NCBI RefSeq assembly: GCF_009914755.1
Contig: NC_060927.1
DNA: 64,000 nucleotides
DNA from: the human T2T-CHM13v2.0 reference genome, Homo sapiens
Strand: one strand, 5' to 3'
In this document: positions 40,968-60,581 of the stretch, piece after piece
Numbering within the stretch: the stretch's first letter is position 1
Layout: each line of letters opens with the position of its first letter
Made by a program: the position numbers and the translations under genes
The notes under the pieces: generated by a model
The model's input: the letters and a program-made list of their open reading frames with translations, nothing else
Database searches by the model: none
Told to the model about the DNA's origin: nothing

Positions 40968-41735
40968 TGTAGGTATAATGAGTTCTGACAACAAATACTC
41001 AAAGTTAAGCCAAACTTCACAGGCTTTGGGCACAATCTGCCATACTGACGCCCTCACTTCAGACACCAGACACAAGTTTAGGAGTCTTCAGGTCACCCTC
41101 ACTTTAGACCAGCCGGCTACAATTTCAGGGGCTTCCATTGTTCTCTAGGTTTGATAACATGCTAGAAAGATCCACAGAATTCAGGAAAGCACTATTTTTA
41201 TGATTTCCATTTTATTATATCAAAAATGATACAAATCAGAATTGGCCAAAGAGACAGATGCATAAGGCAAGGTGTGGGAAGCTCTCACTTGCAAAGCTTC
41301 CATTGTCACCAAGGATGCATTACTTTTCCAGTACATCAATGTGTGACAGTACATAGAGGAGTGCCAACCAGGGACACCCACCTCAGCTTTGATGCAGAAA
41401 GTTTTTATTGGGGTTTCATTAATAAGTATGACTTATTCAGTCATAGGTCACACAGTTGAACCCAATCTCCACAGAGGTCAGACTGATATCACATGGCTCA
41501 AAGCCTCAAACACGGCATCACCTGGTTGGTCTTTCTGTTGTGGCCGGCCCCCCATCCTGAGTCATTTCCTTAGCATAAGCTATCTAGGGGGCCCCCGCTG
41601 TGAGTCACCTCATTAGCATAAAGTATCAGATGTGGTCCCACTGTGAATCACAAAGACACTGTGAAAAATTCCTAGGATTTAGAATTTACCTCCTAGGAAG
41701 TGGGAACAAAGCCTGGCCAAATTCTCTATTACACA
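40968..41735. mobile_element. MER21-like LTR
   Basis: ttctgacaacaaatactc...cttcagacaccag...gtttttattggggtttcatt. Confidence 0.75.
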
Positions 41736-42064
41736 GTAGGTAATATAAAATATGCTCTCTAGGAGCATGCTCATTCTATTTTCATATACCTCATCTTAAA
41801 ATACAGATTCCAGGAATATTTTTTAAATGGAATAATCATAAAAAGACAGTAAAAAAGTATGTGAAGAGGATGTTCTTTCTTCCATAATTGTCTTCCACAA
41901 AGTAGGCACAGAAGGAAGACACGATTGGCATCAGAAACACACTCTGGCTGGGGGAAAAAAAAGTAGCTGGAAAAGGTGGCAGTGAATAAATTATGTCCAA
42001 TCATATATTCATCTATTATGTAAAGCTTCAACCACATGCTATTATTAATCAGTCATATTGATAG

Positions 42065-42404
<340 letters not shown>

Positions 42405-43577
42405 GGTGTCCTTTTAATTGTGTGCCAAAAGCTTTAGAATTACAGTAGGTTATGGGACTTGATTCCTCACATCTTTCATTCTTAAATCTTGTGATCCAAC
42501 CCTTTTCCTATACAAATATTATTGGGCAGTAATAGGATTTTCCACCTATCAGACCATAAAAAGTGTCAATACAACACATGAAACTTAAACATATTGTTTT
42601 GTTTTTCAGCTCTTTCTAAAAAAAAAAAAAAAGACAAAAAAAAAGCAACCTGTTTCAGGAAAGTATTTTAAGCATATCATAACAACTTAAATAACTTACT
42701 TATTACCATAAACAGTCATATACTAAATCATCACAGCTTTGCTACTCTTTACCATCAAAAGATGTCTTCTCTGTTTAATTTCCCAAGCTTATAAGTAGAA
42801 CATCACCCTGCTGTACATATAGGTATATAGAGGTGCATTCTTTGTGATAGGAAGTGATTAATATTGCAAAGAAAATGGACATCATCCTCCACTGAGATGA
42901 TCAATTAAAATGTAATGCTTTCACACTTGTACTTTTGTTTGTAGAGAGATGCAAGGACTTAAAAAAAGCATTCTCTGTGCAATTTCTTATGCAAAATGCT
43001 CTTAGATATAATATACTCAGAAGTTTTAAAATACTAATTGGCAGTGTAATGCACTGTTTGTATGGAAAAAATATTTCTAAGATGTAATATAGAACCAAAT
43101 GAGAATAAACGATTGGATTTTTTTTTCAGTCATCTTTTAAGCCAATAGGTAGCCAGGCTAAACTAGTCTAGGTCCTAGCAACAAAGAGATATGGAATGTC
43201 TTGTTCTCCTGGGACTCATCTTCTGTTGAAGAGGTAGACATATTTCATAATTTATTCCAATCAGTTTGATGATGATAACATGTTCTATGAAGCAACAGAT
43301 CTTAATGATCCCATTCAGCTATACCTCCTTATTTAATTTCTTATGAAGTTGACACAAATACATGTGTTATTGAGGTATGTGATATGGAATGTTCTAAGAG
43401 TTTTGGATGAACTAAAAGACTTATTCTACCTAGGTGCTGTGAGAAAATCCTTCAGAATGAGTGTTATTGGAGATGAATCTTGAAGGATGAGTAGTAGCTG
43501 CCTAAACCAACAAGGGATGAAGAATATTTCAGTGAGGGGTAGCTTGTGAGCAGCATGAGCATAAGACATAAAAGAAT

Positions 43578-43952
<375 letters not shown>

Positions 43953-46900
43953 CTAGGATAGATTGAGTTTTGAGTTTAGATAAATGCTACCTGAGGAAAT
44001 AGAGGAATATGAAGAAGGTCACTGGTGATTTAGAGAAGTCTCTGCTTCTAATTTGCTGCAAGAAATATACAGCAGGAAGCTCACTGCTTCCATCTCTCAT
44101 CGAAGGTTCAGGACCCTTCCATGAGCTGTTCCTGGAGCCTTCTTGTGTGTGATCTCCCACAAAAGCCACACGATGAATTGGTTTACAGTGACAGGAAATG
44201 AAACAACATACAGAAGCCTTCCTTCATTCTATATCTCTCCATTTCTTCCTGTTTTGCAGCTTCAGCCAATTACTTCTCTGTCTCCAAGCTTATTGGGAAC
44301 TTTCCTGTTCCTGGACACAATTCCTGCCTGGAATACTCTGCTCACCTTCTGCCTCAGGGGTCAGCTCCCCAAACCCTGTTTCTCTTTAAAGCCTTTCCAA
44401 AACACCCAAACTAAGATGAATCTTTTTTTGTCCTTTTGCATTACTATCTCACATTTGTCGAAGTAGATTCCATTTGTGCATCTATTTCAACAGATCACTC
44501 TCAGTCTTATGTCACAGTAAGTGTTTGCTTCATAAATAATAAACCTTTCAGGGGAGGTCACCATGTTTGGATCTCCAGTGGTCCCTACAACCATGTATGG
44601 CACATAAGGGATCTACAATGTACATCTGGTCAATAAAAATTAAGCTGCTGAAAATTTTTAATAAAATTTTCAAAGCAGAAATCATGCCTCTATAATAATT
44701 TGACTTTTTTGGACATGTAAGGCAGCCTTTTATACTATATATTAAGCTTTATTCTAGACTTTCACTAAAAATAGAGACATACTATCAGTTAATTGGGCAC
44801 AGAATATTCAGGTACAGGCTTATGTTTTTTGACACTTCAAACTATAAATTCATTTTCCATTTTCAAAGCCGTAAACCATGTTCTCTGATATCTGGTTCAA
44901 CCAGAAGGTTTTACTATGTAATTTTATACTCCCTTTGTTGATGTACCTAGATAACTTATTGCTTTATGAGCTATAGCCTATTAACAGTCATTTATATGGA
45001 GCAACTTCTTTTGAATAAAACATTCCTGGGGAAATACAGATACTGCCATGTTATTATTAAAGCACTAAGGAAATCTATCACTTTTTGGGAAAAGAAAAAT
45101 CTCACGCTAACCGCATCCTTTTTGCTTCTAGTGTCAAATGCTTTTTAACCAGTTAATAGCTGTTCTTGTGTTTTCCTCTCTGTTTTGTTAAAAATATCTA
45201 CAGTCTTAGTATTCTTTTTCTTACTTTGTACTAGAATGTTCAAAAGTAAACTTGATTTTTCTATCTGCAGTCCTTTTATTTAATGTAATAATGAGTCATC
45301 CTTACTATTTACTCAGTGATTGATATATTTGTTAACTCAAAATCTGAGCATCAATGAGATGAAAATCTACCAAATTAAATTCTCTTTATAATGATGAGTT
45401 GCCTTACTCTAGCCTCAATATGGTTTTAGCAGTTGGTGTTATTTTACCTTCTCATAGCAATGCTTGAGATTATCTCCAAAGAACCCAAATATGACAAAAA
45501 GAAGAAAAAAAATCACTGAGCAAAAGTCAAGAGCTTGATACTTTTTTTAGGACTCACTTGTGCCAAATTAATTTCCCTCCCTTTGATTTAATTTCCTTAT
45601 TTTGAAAAGTAAGTCATACTTGATATTTAGGGTTCTTTTCTGCTCGAATACGCTGTGGCTTCTAGGAGACAGCTCTTCTTTAGTGCATTTAAACATAAAT
45701 CATCTTAGATAAACCTAGTTTTCAGGCATCCACCTGATTCTCTATGCTTTCCTAATAAACTAGCCAATAAATTTATACATCTAGGAGCCTAAATTTATTA
45801 AAATAGCTGGCTATATTAATCTTACTTATTACAGACAAAATTTATTTTTCAGATGATTTCCTCTATTTGATCTGGCCTAAGGATTAATCTAGCAGAGAAG
45901 AAAACAGAAGTTTAGTAATTGAGTAGTGTGCTCTCATTTTCTGGAATCTTCCTTAAATAGGGAATCTAAGAAACTTGGTTCATTTTTTAAAAAACCTTTG
46001 GCAGTTTAAAAAACTCTCTCCATTTTAGTATAGTAGAAAAATTCCATGATATCCAGCTGACCTATTGTCCTTGCTTCTATCTGTATTTGCACTGTTGAAC
46101 AATACTGCCTGGGCCCCCAGCCTATGGACCTTAAAGATGTTTCATATTCATCAACAGAACAAAATCCCAGTCTTTTTCTCCTATACATCCCCTTCTTCCC
46201 ATTCTGACTCTGTCTTCCTCCACTTTCCACACATAGTGTTCTCACATGTGGTCTTCAGTATCTTAAAGAAAACTCATTCCTTTGCCTCACAAATGAAAGT
46301 CAGGTATAATCATCACAAGATAATGATAGTTTTAAATTCTCTTTCTATTTTTATTCTCTTGCTTTACTTATCCCATTTTTATTTCAATCTCTGCCCTCCA
46401 GGAGGTCACCACGAGAGCAAGATTTCTAGGAAAACACACCTAGATTCTCAGTGCCACAATTTTTTGGGGTCCCATGTAAAAATAGAAAGGATACCCTTAT
46501 TCAAATGAGGAGTCACTTTTATCATGTGGGCTAGGAAATAATACTCCTTATACCCACCAGAGACTTGTAAAGTATTTTGTGAAGGTAGAGTCTTCAGCTT
46601 CAGGACTAATCTTTTTCTTTGTAGGACATTAAATCCATTCTAAATGAAGAGGGAGAGTCTATACCGATCTTCCCATTGTCTTCGTCTTTCTCTTTTTGTG
46701 CTCTGCCACAAGGTCACGTGATTAGAAAGATCTGGAAGCCTGCTTCTTTCTCAGATTTTAGTCCCCTAAACCCACACCCCTATGCTGTGTCAATTTAGTT
46801 TGGACTCAGCTAGGAACCTCTGCAAGTGGAAGTTCTTACTGTATTTTTTCCTAATAATTATTTATTAAAAAGAATCACTTAAGTGTCCCCACAAACATCT

Positions 46901-47164
46901 GGTAGACTCTCTCTAAGTCCATATAAGCAGCCGTATTTGACGTCTTCTAGGAATTAACAATATCTGATAGTCAAGGTATCCAGGACTATATTTTACAATG
47001 AGTAGAGCTGAATTGTATTTAGCTTTTGTATTCCTAGATAAAAAAGCACAGTAGCCAACATCTAGTCAGTAACCTTACATTAGGAGACTTTACCTCTATT
47101 CAGACAGTTTTGAACCCAAGGGAAAAAAAAAGGAGGCTGACGAAGATCAGAAAATTACTGACAA

Positions 47165-47390
47165 GTGTGCTGTGATGCAAAGTATATTGTACATGGAGTC
47201 AAAAGCTTAGGGTTCAAGGCCTACAGTTAAAACTTACTGGCTATACGGACTTACAAAATCTGGTCTGCTTCATCTGAGTTTGTGTTTATTTATAAAGTGA
47301 AGATAATGATATCTAGCACTCACTTTTGCACTGATTATTACACAAAACAATATGTTGAAGTGTTTTATAAATTGTGAACTACCATATAAA
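47165..47390 (+). mobile_element. MIR (decayed)
   Basis: tggagtcaaaagcttagggttcaagg...tataaagtgaagataat. Confidence 0.55.
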
Positions 47391-48254
47391 GGTATTTTGC
47401 CCCTTTTACATAGTATATAGTTACTGATTTCAACTTGGCTGTTTTATACCTCCCAAAAGATAAAAACAGGAAAAAGGAAAAAAAAAAAAAGAGAACCAAA
47501 TAAGTATTCTTATTGTGAAGCAAAATTATTATGAAAGAAATGCCAACTAACCCCACAACATTAGAGAAGAAGATATTAAAGCCACCATAGGTAGACTATA
47601 TTGTTCTATGATAACATAATGGTTATTCATAATGATAATCCTCAATATCAACAAAACATGGACCAAATCCTGTGCTATAGAAAACAATGGTTTTATCCAT
47701 TTTCAAACAGTATTAAAACAAATTATAGAGGGTAAATTTGAGTTATCTGAAGAATTCAATTATATGAAATACCATATTCCCAAAACTTTTGATTAAATGG
47801 GATCTCATTAAATCTAGTTCTTAACAGTGAGTCACCTCTCAAAACCCTTCAGGAGAAGAAAGTTTGAATCTCGTTAAAACCAGAATAACTTAAAGGATAT
47901 ATGTGCATTAATATTGTCCATTTTTGTTAGAGAGAAATGATGATAAAAAGTTCTTAGTAAGTGAAACAGCAGATGATAATATAGAAGTGAGCTCACTTTG
48001 CCTATTTTTCACTTTAATTAATGTGGGTTTCTTCATTTTTATCTAATATATTTAATTGAATTATGACCTCCTTGACCAGAAAATACCACCCTATCTTAAA
48101 GATAGTTGATTTCTTCCACCAAACAGAAATTAAGACGTCAGCACACAGTCTTTTCATTTTATATTAATAATACTTGCCAGAGCTGAAATAACCTTCCTTC
48201 GTGATTGATAGTAGGTTTTTTGTGTGTTTTTATAACAAATGGCTAAAGTTCACT

Positions 48255-48405
48255 GAATGTGGTGGCACAAGTCTATAGTCCCTTGGGAAGCTCAGGCAGA
48301 AAGATCTTGAGCCCAGGAGTTCAAAGCTGTCCTGTGCTATGATCCCACCTCTGAATATCTGCTGGACTCCAGCCTGGACACGATAGTAAGTCCTTTTTTA
48401 AAAGA
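48255..48405 (+). mobile_element. FLAM/FAM monomer
   Basis: gtggtggcacaagtctatagtccc...cttgagcccaggagttcaaagctg. Confidence 0.75.
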
Positions 48406-50199
48406 CTAAAATCACTTGTAAAAAGAGGTCTAGCCATTATATATGTTTGTCAAGGTTTTCTTCAAGGCAAGAAGGTTAAAAGCATTGCTATAAAATACTT
48501 CAATAAACAGTGGTACATAGTATGAAAATCTTAGAGACTTTGAAGTTTTGAATATAAAGTTTATGAAAGGAGTAATGGAAAAAAGATGTTTGAAAAAGAT
48601 GACCTAGTGAGAAGTCATGTGGAAACTTGAATGTCAGGCTAAAAGTACTTGGAATATATTGTCGAAATAAAATGGAAACCATTGGAAGATTACAAACAAA
48701 ACCAAAACATGATTGTGTTAGTATTGTTGAAAAGTTAACCAGGCAGCATACAATTGTTGACTTGATTAAAGAAATGTAAGAGAAATAGGAATCTGAATAG
48801 AGCTCTTGCAATTGCTCAAGGGAGAAATAATGGTGCTTCCTTTAAAGTAATAGTTGAAGAAATGAAGAACAAGTGCTAAATCTCCCCTTCTCCCACGACT
48901 AGTGCCAAATCAACAAGATTTGGCAGTTGATTAGATATCAGACTCTAGAGAGGTGATGAAAAAGATTATGCCAATATTTGAAGATGGGTGACTGAAAACG
49001 GTAACTCTATATGCAGTTTATATCTATTCCCATTAAAATTCTTATGATTGATATAGAAGGTGTGACCTCAATGGAACTACAAAGTAAATGGAATTTCAGA
49101 GATCTGACCATATTGATTATTTCCAAGGCATTTACATGCATTCATTTAGTATAAATTTGTTAGAGCACGTCAGTCTCCAGCAGCTATTAGCCTAGAGAGT
49201 GTAAAATGACATTTGAAGTATATGTATCAACTGTACCCAGGAAGCCCCATGAGATTCTAGCCAACAAAAATAGTTCCATTTGATATTTCATTTTGAGAAA
49301 TATGTATACTCACTGTTATTATTTATATATCACTTATAAATTTTAATAGGAAATATGAAAGATTTTATAGCATCGCTCAAAATAGCTTCTGTCAAGTTAT
49401 TTGAAATATTGTGTTTCAAAGCCACTTTTTTCTATAATCAAGTGCTTGTTAATACTGCAATCAGGAGATGCTGTTTTCTTCTTTGGTACAGTGTTCTTTT
49501 GTGATGTCTTGTCCTGCTTTCATCTTTTTTTCTCTCTTTTTCTTCCTATTTTTTTATTTTTTTTTTTAGTAGATTAAAAAATCAGGCTTCAGAGCAAAGG
49601 AAAAAATGGTGCTTTTTGGGATGCATAAATTGTCAATTTTTATAAAAGCAGTTTTTTTGAGGAGTTTCTTCCATAGCTCTGTCAGGTCAGGATAAAAAGC
49701 CTCAGACTTGTGGAAGCTTTCGGAACTATTAGGTGACTTATGAAAAAATAACTAGAATTATACAAAAATGAATAGTCTGAATTTTGAAGAATCAAATTAT
49801 AGAAAGGTCTAGAAAAAATTCACTGGATGTGTTTCTTTTATTATTTAGAGGTTGTTGCTAATTGGGAGCACACATAAATATCAGTGGAATCAAAGGACAT
49901 TGTTGTGAAATCTGCTCCAATACCAACTAGTGTGTGATTTTGGGGAAGTCACTTCCTCAGTTCTTGGGGAAGTTACTTTTTCAATTTCCCAAAATGTAAC
50001 CTTAAAACTATTCAAATGAAAATAAAAATTAAATGTTAAATTGAGGTATCTAGATGTATAAAACTTTAAAAGTATTTAATCCGAAAGCATTAGGTTAGTT
50101 CCTCTAAAGAGTATGAAGATTAACAATATAGAAGAAGAAATTATATATGCACACACACATATATATTCCACACATTCACACAGATATGCAAACATTATT

Positions 50200-52630
50200 A
50201 AAAGTAAAAAAAAAATTTATTTCATTAAAAGCCATCAATAAAAGAATGAAAAGGCAAGTCACAGACTGGAAAAGACATTGTAATATGAATATCTGAAAAG
50301 TACTTATTCTAATTCCATATAAAGAGCTTCTTCAAAACATTAAGTATTAAAATATCGAATTTTCAAAAATAGGTGAAGGTCCTAAGTAAGTATTTCAGAA
50401 AATAAGATATTTTAGTAACAAGTAGGTATATGAAAAAGTACTATTCACTAGGGAAATGCAAATTTAAATCATAATGAGATACCAACATGTATTTATCAGA
50501 ATGACTAAAACTTTTTTCTTAAATAAACTAACAATACTAAGTGTTGGTTAGTGTGTAGAGCAATTGGAACTCTCAAACATTGCTGGCAAGAGGATATATT
50601 GATAAAAACATATTAGAAAATTATTGGTAATATCTATTAAAGCTGATATTATGCCACTCTTACGACCCACCATTTCTACTTGGAGATGCATTTCCATGAG
50701 CATGGAGTCTATACATTCACCAAAGACAAAAAAAATAAAATGGAGATTACTGGAAGTTTTATTTATTATTGCCCCAAAGTGGAAACACTCCAAATGTTAC
50801 AGGATCTTTGAAGTGTTGCTTTTCTGGTCAGAAACCTCTGTGGCCAGTGGCACCTTTGCTTGACTTTTGCTTGGGCCTGCCCAGCTCATTCCATCCATTC
50901 AGCCTGCCAGGCTGCACTTGGCTCATGCAGTGGGCCTGGATCCCACGCCTGCCAAGGATGAGCCAGGCGTGGAGGGGTAAGGGGTGTGTGAGCGAGTAAG
51001 CATGGGATCCAGTCACTGCACATGGTCAGGCATGCTAGCTGCTACAGTCGGGTGGGCAGCTCTGCAAGGCTGTGGCTGGACCAGGTGCACTGCAAGCAGC
51101 TTCCTCAGCTGGCAGCAGGAAATGCAGTGGTGTCCCTAAGCTCAGAGTTGCCAGGAACCACAGGGCCTTAAAGAGAGAGCCACAGCCCTGGCTTGAAGGG
51201 CTAAACCTCTTCTCTCCCTCTCTTCACCCACCATGTGGTGAGCAAGGGTCATGTTTCAGACCAGTTTGTATTACAGGTCTTCTAGACTTGCCATTCGGCG
51301 GTCCAAGTTCTTGTCCTGTGACCAGGAACAATGAGGCACGCAGACAAGTGGAGGATGAGCAAAACCAAGAAGAGCTTTATTGAGCAGTAGACCAGCTCAG
51401 AGACCCACTGTAGGTATCTCCTTCCTGCAGCCACAGTGTCACGATGAGTGTTCAGCCCTCAGCAGAGAGCAGGAGGCCATGTGGTGGGTGGCTCCTCTCT
51501 GCAGGCAGGTCATCCCTGGAGTGGGAAGCTCCTCTCTGCTGCTGGTCACCCATTCTCTGCTGAACTCTGGCTGAGCCCAGGGCTTCTGTGGGCCTCAGAG
51601 GGGAGAAAGTGCACACCGATTAGTTCATGGCTGGCCACAGGTGAGCTTGGAAAAGGAACCACAAGTTCCCACTCCAGTGGTGGGACTGGCAGATGGCCCC
51701 CAGCCTTTAGGTCCTCCCTGGACTGAAGCTGAGGCCTCACCAGAAACCCAACCCCTTTCACCCAGGAACCTGTCTGCCTCCTGCTGCATTTATGGTGCCT
51801 GGGCTGGGCCCTGACTTTGCTCCATTGGAGAAGGCACTCACAGCAGGGAGAAGCCAGGCATCAGGAGCAAGCACTTCTGAGCCTGCTAGGGCAGGGGGGC
51901 CTTCCTGGACTGCCAAGAGTTCAAGGATGCCTGAGTCTGCAGCTATGGTTTTCACAGCTGCAGCTGCTAAGGAAAGAGGGGGTCCACTCGAGAAGCAGGA
52001 GGCCCAGGTCTGAAGTGGGAGGCCTGGGTCTGCTGCCACAGTTTAGGCGCCTGCTGCTGTACCCAGGAAGGCAAGGCTCTTGCCTGCTGCTGGCCCCTCA
52101 AGAGCACAGGGAGGCTCAGATCTGCAGCTACAATTTGGGCAGCTGCCACTCCACGCAGGAGGGTGGGGCTACTGTCTGCTGCATGGAGTTGGAAGCCCAA
52201 GTCTGCAGCCATGGTTTGGGCAGCTGCAGCAGCACCCGGGGATCTCCCACCCCAGCTTGGAAGGGGCGGGGCTCCCACTTGTCCTGGGCTTCCATCAGCT
52301 TCATGGAGTGTGCCGCTCAGGCTGCCTGCCCCTGCTGCAGCTGGCCTGGTGGCAGCTGCAGGCCTTCTGGAGCAGCCACTGCCATCACGAACATCCATCT
52401 AATAAAACCAAAGTAGACATCATGCATTGAAATGTTATGCAACATTGAAAAGAATGCAGTACCCCTCCATAGAGCAAATAATCTCACAGGCTGATAATGA
52501 GAAAATGAAGTTGAACAGAAAACCTTATATTATATATGATTCCATTTGTATGAAGTCCAATTACAGACAAAACTGAGAGCTAACTTTATGGTTATAAAGT
52601 AAAACGTTGCTTTTGTTGGGGTATGAGTTG
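50200..52630 (+). mobile_element. L1ME ORF2 3' end interrupted by MER52
   Basis: aaggcaagtcacagactgg...ggaaatgcaaatttaaa...ggaaacactccaaa | catccatc. Confidence 0.7.
50795..52387 (-). mobile_element. MER52-family ERV1 solo LTR (about 1.6 kb, GC-rich)
   Basis: Minus strand starts tgatggcagtggctgctcc and ends ...gatcctgtaaca; 4-bp TSD-like caaa/cgaa; explains the ORF cluster at 50769-52430. Confidence 0.85.
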
Positions 52631-52772
52631 TCACTTCTCATAAAAGCAGTTCTTTTTTTACTTGCTATGCTTCCCCTAAAGTACAGGAGAAAGTTTCCCC
52701 AAATGTAACAATAAGAGCCAGCCAGATAAACTACAGAATTATGGTATTTTTTAACCCATCAGAGAACAGAAT

Positions 52773-52963
52773 ACCGGCCATCCCCAATTTATGATGGTTC
52801 AATTTATAATTTTTGCAACCTTATGTTGGGTTTATCTGGCCATAACTCCATCATAAATCAGACTGTATCTGGACTTACTATAGTGGTTTGACTTATAATT
52901 TTTTTCTTACTTTATGATGGGTTTATCAAGACATAATCCAATGATAAGCCAAGGAGCATCTGT
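52773..52963. mobile_element. MER47-like Tigger MITE
   Basis: ttatgatgggtttatc...aaggagcatctg terminus with ta flank; internal repeated unit. Confidence 0.65.
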
Positions 52964-54139
52964 ATGTAAGGAAACCTAAAGGAAGTGGATTTCAAAATAT
53001 AAAAAAGCTATATTTAGGAGTAAAGAAATCCATGGCTGCTTTCATCTCTGGCAGAATAAAGGGAAGAGTAGAGAAAATATACCTTAGACAGGGGTATGAA
53101 AAAAAGCAGTCAAATGTTAGCAGATTTTTAATGGGCATGTATAGTCTCGTATGATGGATTTGAAATCCAGGGAGCCCCAGTCACATTCCTAGTCTGCACA
53201 TATCTGCTACTCTTTCTCATAGGCCTTCACTGAGTACATGAGTGTAGTAAGGTCTGAGGGAAGAACTAAGGAGAACTAAGAGACATCACTCTGAAGGGCG
53301 CAGGTTCTTTAGCATGTGCAAGCAGCTTGCTGAAGATGGAGGGCAGGGGAGGTGAGCTAAAAGACATCTCTCTGAGGTTCTCTGGGTCTTCACTAAGTAC
53401 ACTGTAGCTACTCTGTGAAAGCCTAACTTGGGCAGAACTGATAAAAACCTGCCTGAGTTTTGCTGCGCCTTCTCTTAGTGCACTGAAGTGGCCTTCTGAA
53501 GGTTATTGGAAGGACAGCAGAGTATAAAGCCATCTGCAAAGTTCCAGAGAACTGGAGGCAGGAATGGAGAGCAAAGAGAAGGGCCTAGATACCAGAAAAG
53601 GTGGCATACAGCCTTTAACACAATGATATCCTCACATTTCAGAAAGCTGGCGCCTTGAGTATAAAGCAAAAGGAGGAACCTCCAGAATTTCACCAGTGCT
53701 CACATTCTAAGGCTGCTAAAGGGAAAGTCCTACTGTAACTCCAGAAATATTTGAAACCAGTGGCAAACTGAGTATAAAGAGCTATAATAAGTCTCAGGCT
53801 ATACCTACTACAGATTAGATTCTCTCAAACTACACCCTCGCCCAATTATAGAATGAGGGCACCACATTTTTGGAAAGTGATTATTTTTTACTACTAGCTC
53901 TGTCGTTCTCTTACACAGACTGTTCAATATAAAAAACAAAATTTATGAAACACAAGAAGAAGCAAAGAAATCTGTTCACAGTCGAGAGGAAATCATTGAC
54001 TAATGACAACTCAGAAACAGTCTAGAAACTGGGCCAGTAATGGAAGTTTGTCGGGCTTTCAAAACACTGAGACAGGTGAACCTTTGTCTGCATACAGTAG
54101 AAATGCGCTACCAAGAAAACAAGACCTAACCCTATTGCT

Positions 54140-54160
54140 TCTCTCTCTCTCTCTCTCTCC

Positions 54161-54193
<33 letters not shown>

Positions 54194-54221
54194 CGTGCGT
54201 GTGCATGTGCACACACACACT
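54140..54221. repeat. Compound microsatellite (CT)n-(GT)n-(GC/GT)n-(CA)n
   Basis: Direct reading. Confidence 0.97.
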
Positions 54222-54239
54222 CCCACCATTGGGTCAACA

Positions 54240-54818
54240 ATGTGATGAAATCACACAATTGGTTAGTTTCTAAGGCCATTCTCAAATTCAGTAATTCACT
54301 AGGAGGACTCATAGGATTCTGCATAATAATTGTATTCATGGCTGTGGTTTGTTACAGAGAAGGGATTCAAAGCGAAACTAGCAAAAGCAAAAATGCATGG
54401 GACCAAGTGGGAAGGAATCCAGATATAAGTTTTCAGGAGTCCTCTCTCAATAGGGTTTCACAGAAGGCACTTACTTAAGCCCAGCAGCAAGTTATGGCAA
54501 TGTGTGAAATATTGTCTACGTGAAGAGCTCACTAGAGACTCAGTGTCCTAGGTTTTGGTTGGGGGCTGGTCACACAGGCACTCTGTGTGGCATGAAACAA
54601 AAATGAAAAACTTCCAGACACTCAGAATAAAAGCCTGCTTTCAAAATAAACCATATTGTTTTTACAAACAATTTAAGCACAGTGAACAACTATTATCTTG
54701 GCATGGTGGGAAGCCTCTTGAAATCCAATTTCACAAAAACCAACCAAGGGCCATTCTTGAAAACAGGTCTTTCTAAAGGATCTGTTTCAGGCCTGCTGCA
54801 TTAATTTTTTTCTATACA
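54240..54818. mobile_element. MER21-like LTR
   Basis: gtaattcactaggaggactcatagga...cccagcagcaag...gagctcactagagactcagtgtcc. Confidence 0.7.
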
Positions 54819-55439
54819 CCCAGGAACAGAAAAATACGGAGGATACTGCAGGGAGAGAGTTTTTTGGAAAGCAACCACATGAAGTTGTTTATGCACTCCT
54901 GGGTTTGCTCCTGACTTATACATGTCTGGGATCTGTTCCTAATTGACATATGAAAGCTTTCAGAGCTGAACGAATCTACCAAGACAGTCTTCTGGGAGGT
55001 GCACATATAGTCATATTTGAACATCATTACAAAGCCCTAGAGAACTGAACTGACATTGGAACCACAGGTGAAAGAAAGCACATCAGAACATGTAGTTTGG
55101 CATTAACTAGATCAAGTGGCTGCTAAAACAAAAATATTAACATTCTCCATAGATTTAAACAGTACCAAGCTTCACACATTTCAATATTCAAAGTTTCCAG
55201 GATACAATAAGAAAGTGCTCAGCATACACAGAGCTACACAAATCCCAGCTGGAATTGTAAAATACAATCAATAGATACCAACAATAAGATGGCACAGATT
55301 TTGGATTTTCTGAAAAAGATGTTAAAAATAGCTGTTAAAAATTTTTTTTGAACAAGCAATTACAAATACTCTGGAAACAAAAGGTAAAAGGGAAAGTATT
55401 AATGAACAATAGATTATTAAAAAAAATATTTTAAAAAGA

Positions 55440-56345
<906 letters not shown>

Positions 56346-56357
56346 AAGAAATGACAG

Positions 56358-56757
56358 CCTGGATAAAGAAAATGTAGTACATATACACCATGGCATACTA
56401 TGCAGCCATGAAAAAGAACAAGATTGTGTCCTTTGCAAGGACATGGATGGAGCTGCAGTTCATTATTCTTAGCAAGTTAACACAGGAACAGAAAACCAAA
56501 TACCACAGGTTCTCACATATAAGTGGGAGCTAAATGATGAGAACACATGGACACATAGGAGGGAACAACACACACTGGGGCCTATTGGAGAGTGGAAGGT
56601 GGGAGGAGGGAAAGGATCAGGAAAAATGACTAATGGATATTAGACTTAATACCTGGATGATGAAATAATCTGTACAACAAAGTCCCATGACACAAGTTTA
56701 CCTATGTAACAAACTTCCACATGTACCTGTGAACTTAAAATAAAAGTTAAAAAAAAA
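56358..56757 (+). mobile_element. L1PA (older) 3' end with poly(A)
   Basis: tggataaagaaaatgtagtacatatacacc...gaacttaaaataaaagttaaaaaa. Confidence 0.9.
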
Positions 56758-56759
56758 GA

Positions 56760-60078
<3,319 letters not shown>

Positions 60079-60548
60079 CAGAACCAATTAGTGTATACCT
60101 AATTATTAAAGCTGTGAATGACCGTAAGGACCCTCAAGTTTGTAGGCAGCTGGTGTGAAGTCAGGGTAGCCTGAGAACTCCTACACTTGCAGCTCGTGTC
60201 TGAGATGAAGAGTCCTGGAGGGCTGCTCCCTCAGACATTGCAGTTGGCAAGCTCACTGCAGTAGGCCTCTCAAAATTGCGGGCAGATTTGGGTGACTGTA
60301 AGACTGGTCTTGAACCATGAATTTTACTGGCTCTAGGTAATAACTATAAAATTTTAAAATTATAAATTATTATTTCAGCACCCCTTTTCACTCTCAAATA
60401 TCTTTATTTGGATAATGGATAGTCATTCTACTATTAGATAACTAAAATCATTTAATTTACTATATATGCCCTTTTTACTTAACATGTAAATTATCAAATT
60501 CTTTTATAATTTTCTTGGTGTTTTGTGACAAAATAAAACTGGGAGCAT

Positions 60549-60551
<3 letters not shown>

Positions 60552-60578
<27 letters not shown>
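60552..60578. repeat. (CA)n microsatellite
   Basis: Direct reading. Confidence 0.97.

Positions 60579-60581
<3 letters not shown>

Noticed and set aside
46065-46508. 147-aa ORF with hydrophobic stretches
   Set aside because: Non-ATG start, T-rich composition, no recognisable domain
50769-52430. Cluster of long overlapping ORFs (up to 199 aa) in a GC-rich block
   Set aside because: Lies within a MER52-type LTR; GC-rich, stop-poor sequence with no recognisable protein
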